Shown: positions 63,828 to 64,000 of the stretch, one piece after another | Layout of the letters: each line of letters starts with the position of its first letter | Position numbering within the stretch: the stretch's first letter is position 1 | NCBI GenBank assembly: GCA_002633005.1 | Contig: NMRA01000492.1 | Span: 124,001 to 188,000 of the forward strand | Length of the DNA stretch: 64,000 nt | Source: Phoronis australis | Taxonomy: Eukaryota > Animalia > Phoronida | Reading direction: 5' to 3' | The notes under the pieces: generated by a model | What the model was told of the DNA's origin: nothing | The model's input: the letters and a program-made list of their open reading frames with translations, nothing else | The model's database searches: none | Translations under genes and position numbers: made by a program

Positions 63828-64000
63828 TCTGTCATCCTTGCTTGGTTGTCTGTTACCATGGTTACGCATCGCTGACCAGTCATTCGCTGTTTGTGTCCTT
63901 ATATTTTGGTGTGGATTGCAACTGCCGCTTAGCGAAATCTTGTCGACTGATTGTAAAGCAGATTGTATGAAATGTTACTAATATATAGTGGTTGTATCAA
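63828..64000 (+). other. Distal 3' UTR exon (runs off the window)
   Basis: Acceptor ttttaatctttcag| at 63827. Homologous to the start of the proximal UTR exon. Confidence 0.75.

Overview
Eukaryotic (intron-rich, AT-rich, invertebrate-type animal) genomic DNA. It is almost entirely occupied by one + strand protein 4.1 / coracle (EPB41-family) gene, which I rebuilt by hand from GT-AG sites and frame continuity. The gene has a probable non-coding first exon (~2.9 kb), an ATG exon at 9179, FERM and FERM-adjacent exons (29.2-40.9 kb), a variable middle region built mostly of symmetric exons (41.9-52.9 kb), and the 4.1 C-terminal domain (CTD). Two things stand out. (1) The whole 3' end is tandemly duplicated into two alternative terminal modules (55.7-57.8 kb and 61.0-64.0 kb). 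Each has its own CTD exons, stop codon, post-stop intron and 3' UTR exon, and the two UTR exons are still alignable. (2) One 579-nt exon encodes nine exactly spaced 15-aa Trp repeats (W-x-x-L-x-P-x-E-R), which I do not recognise from characterised 4.1 proteins. Predicted all-exon products are about 981 aa (proximal end) or 1025 aa (distal end). Introns carry several MITE-like elements, minisatellites and candidate splicing-regulatory motifs. Most entries in the supplied ORF track are spurious. The species cannot be named from the sequence, and no database searches were run.
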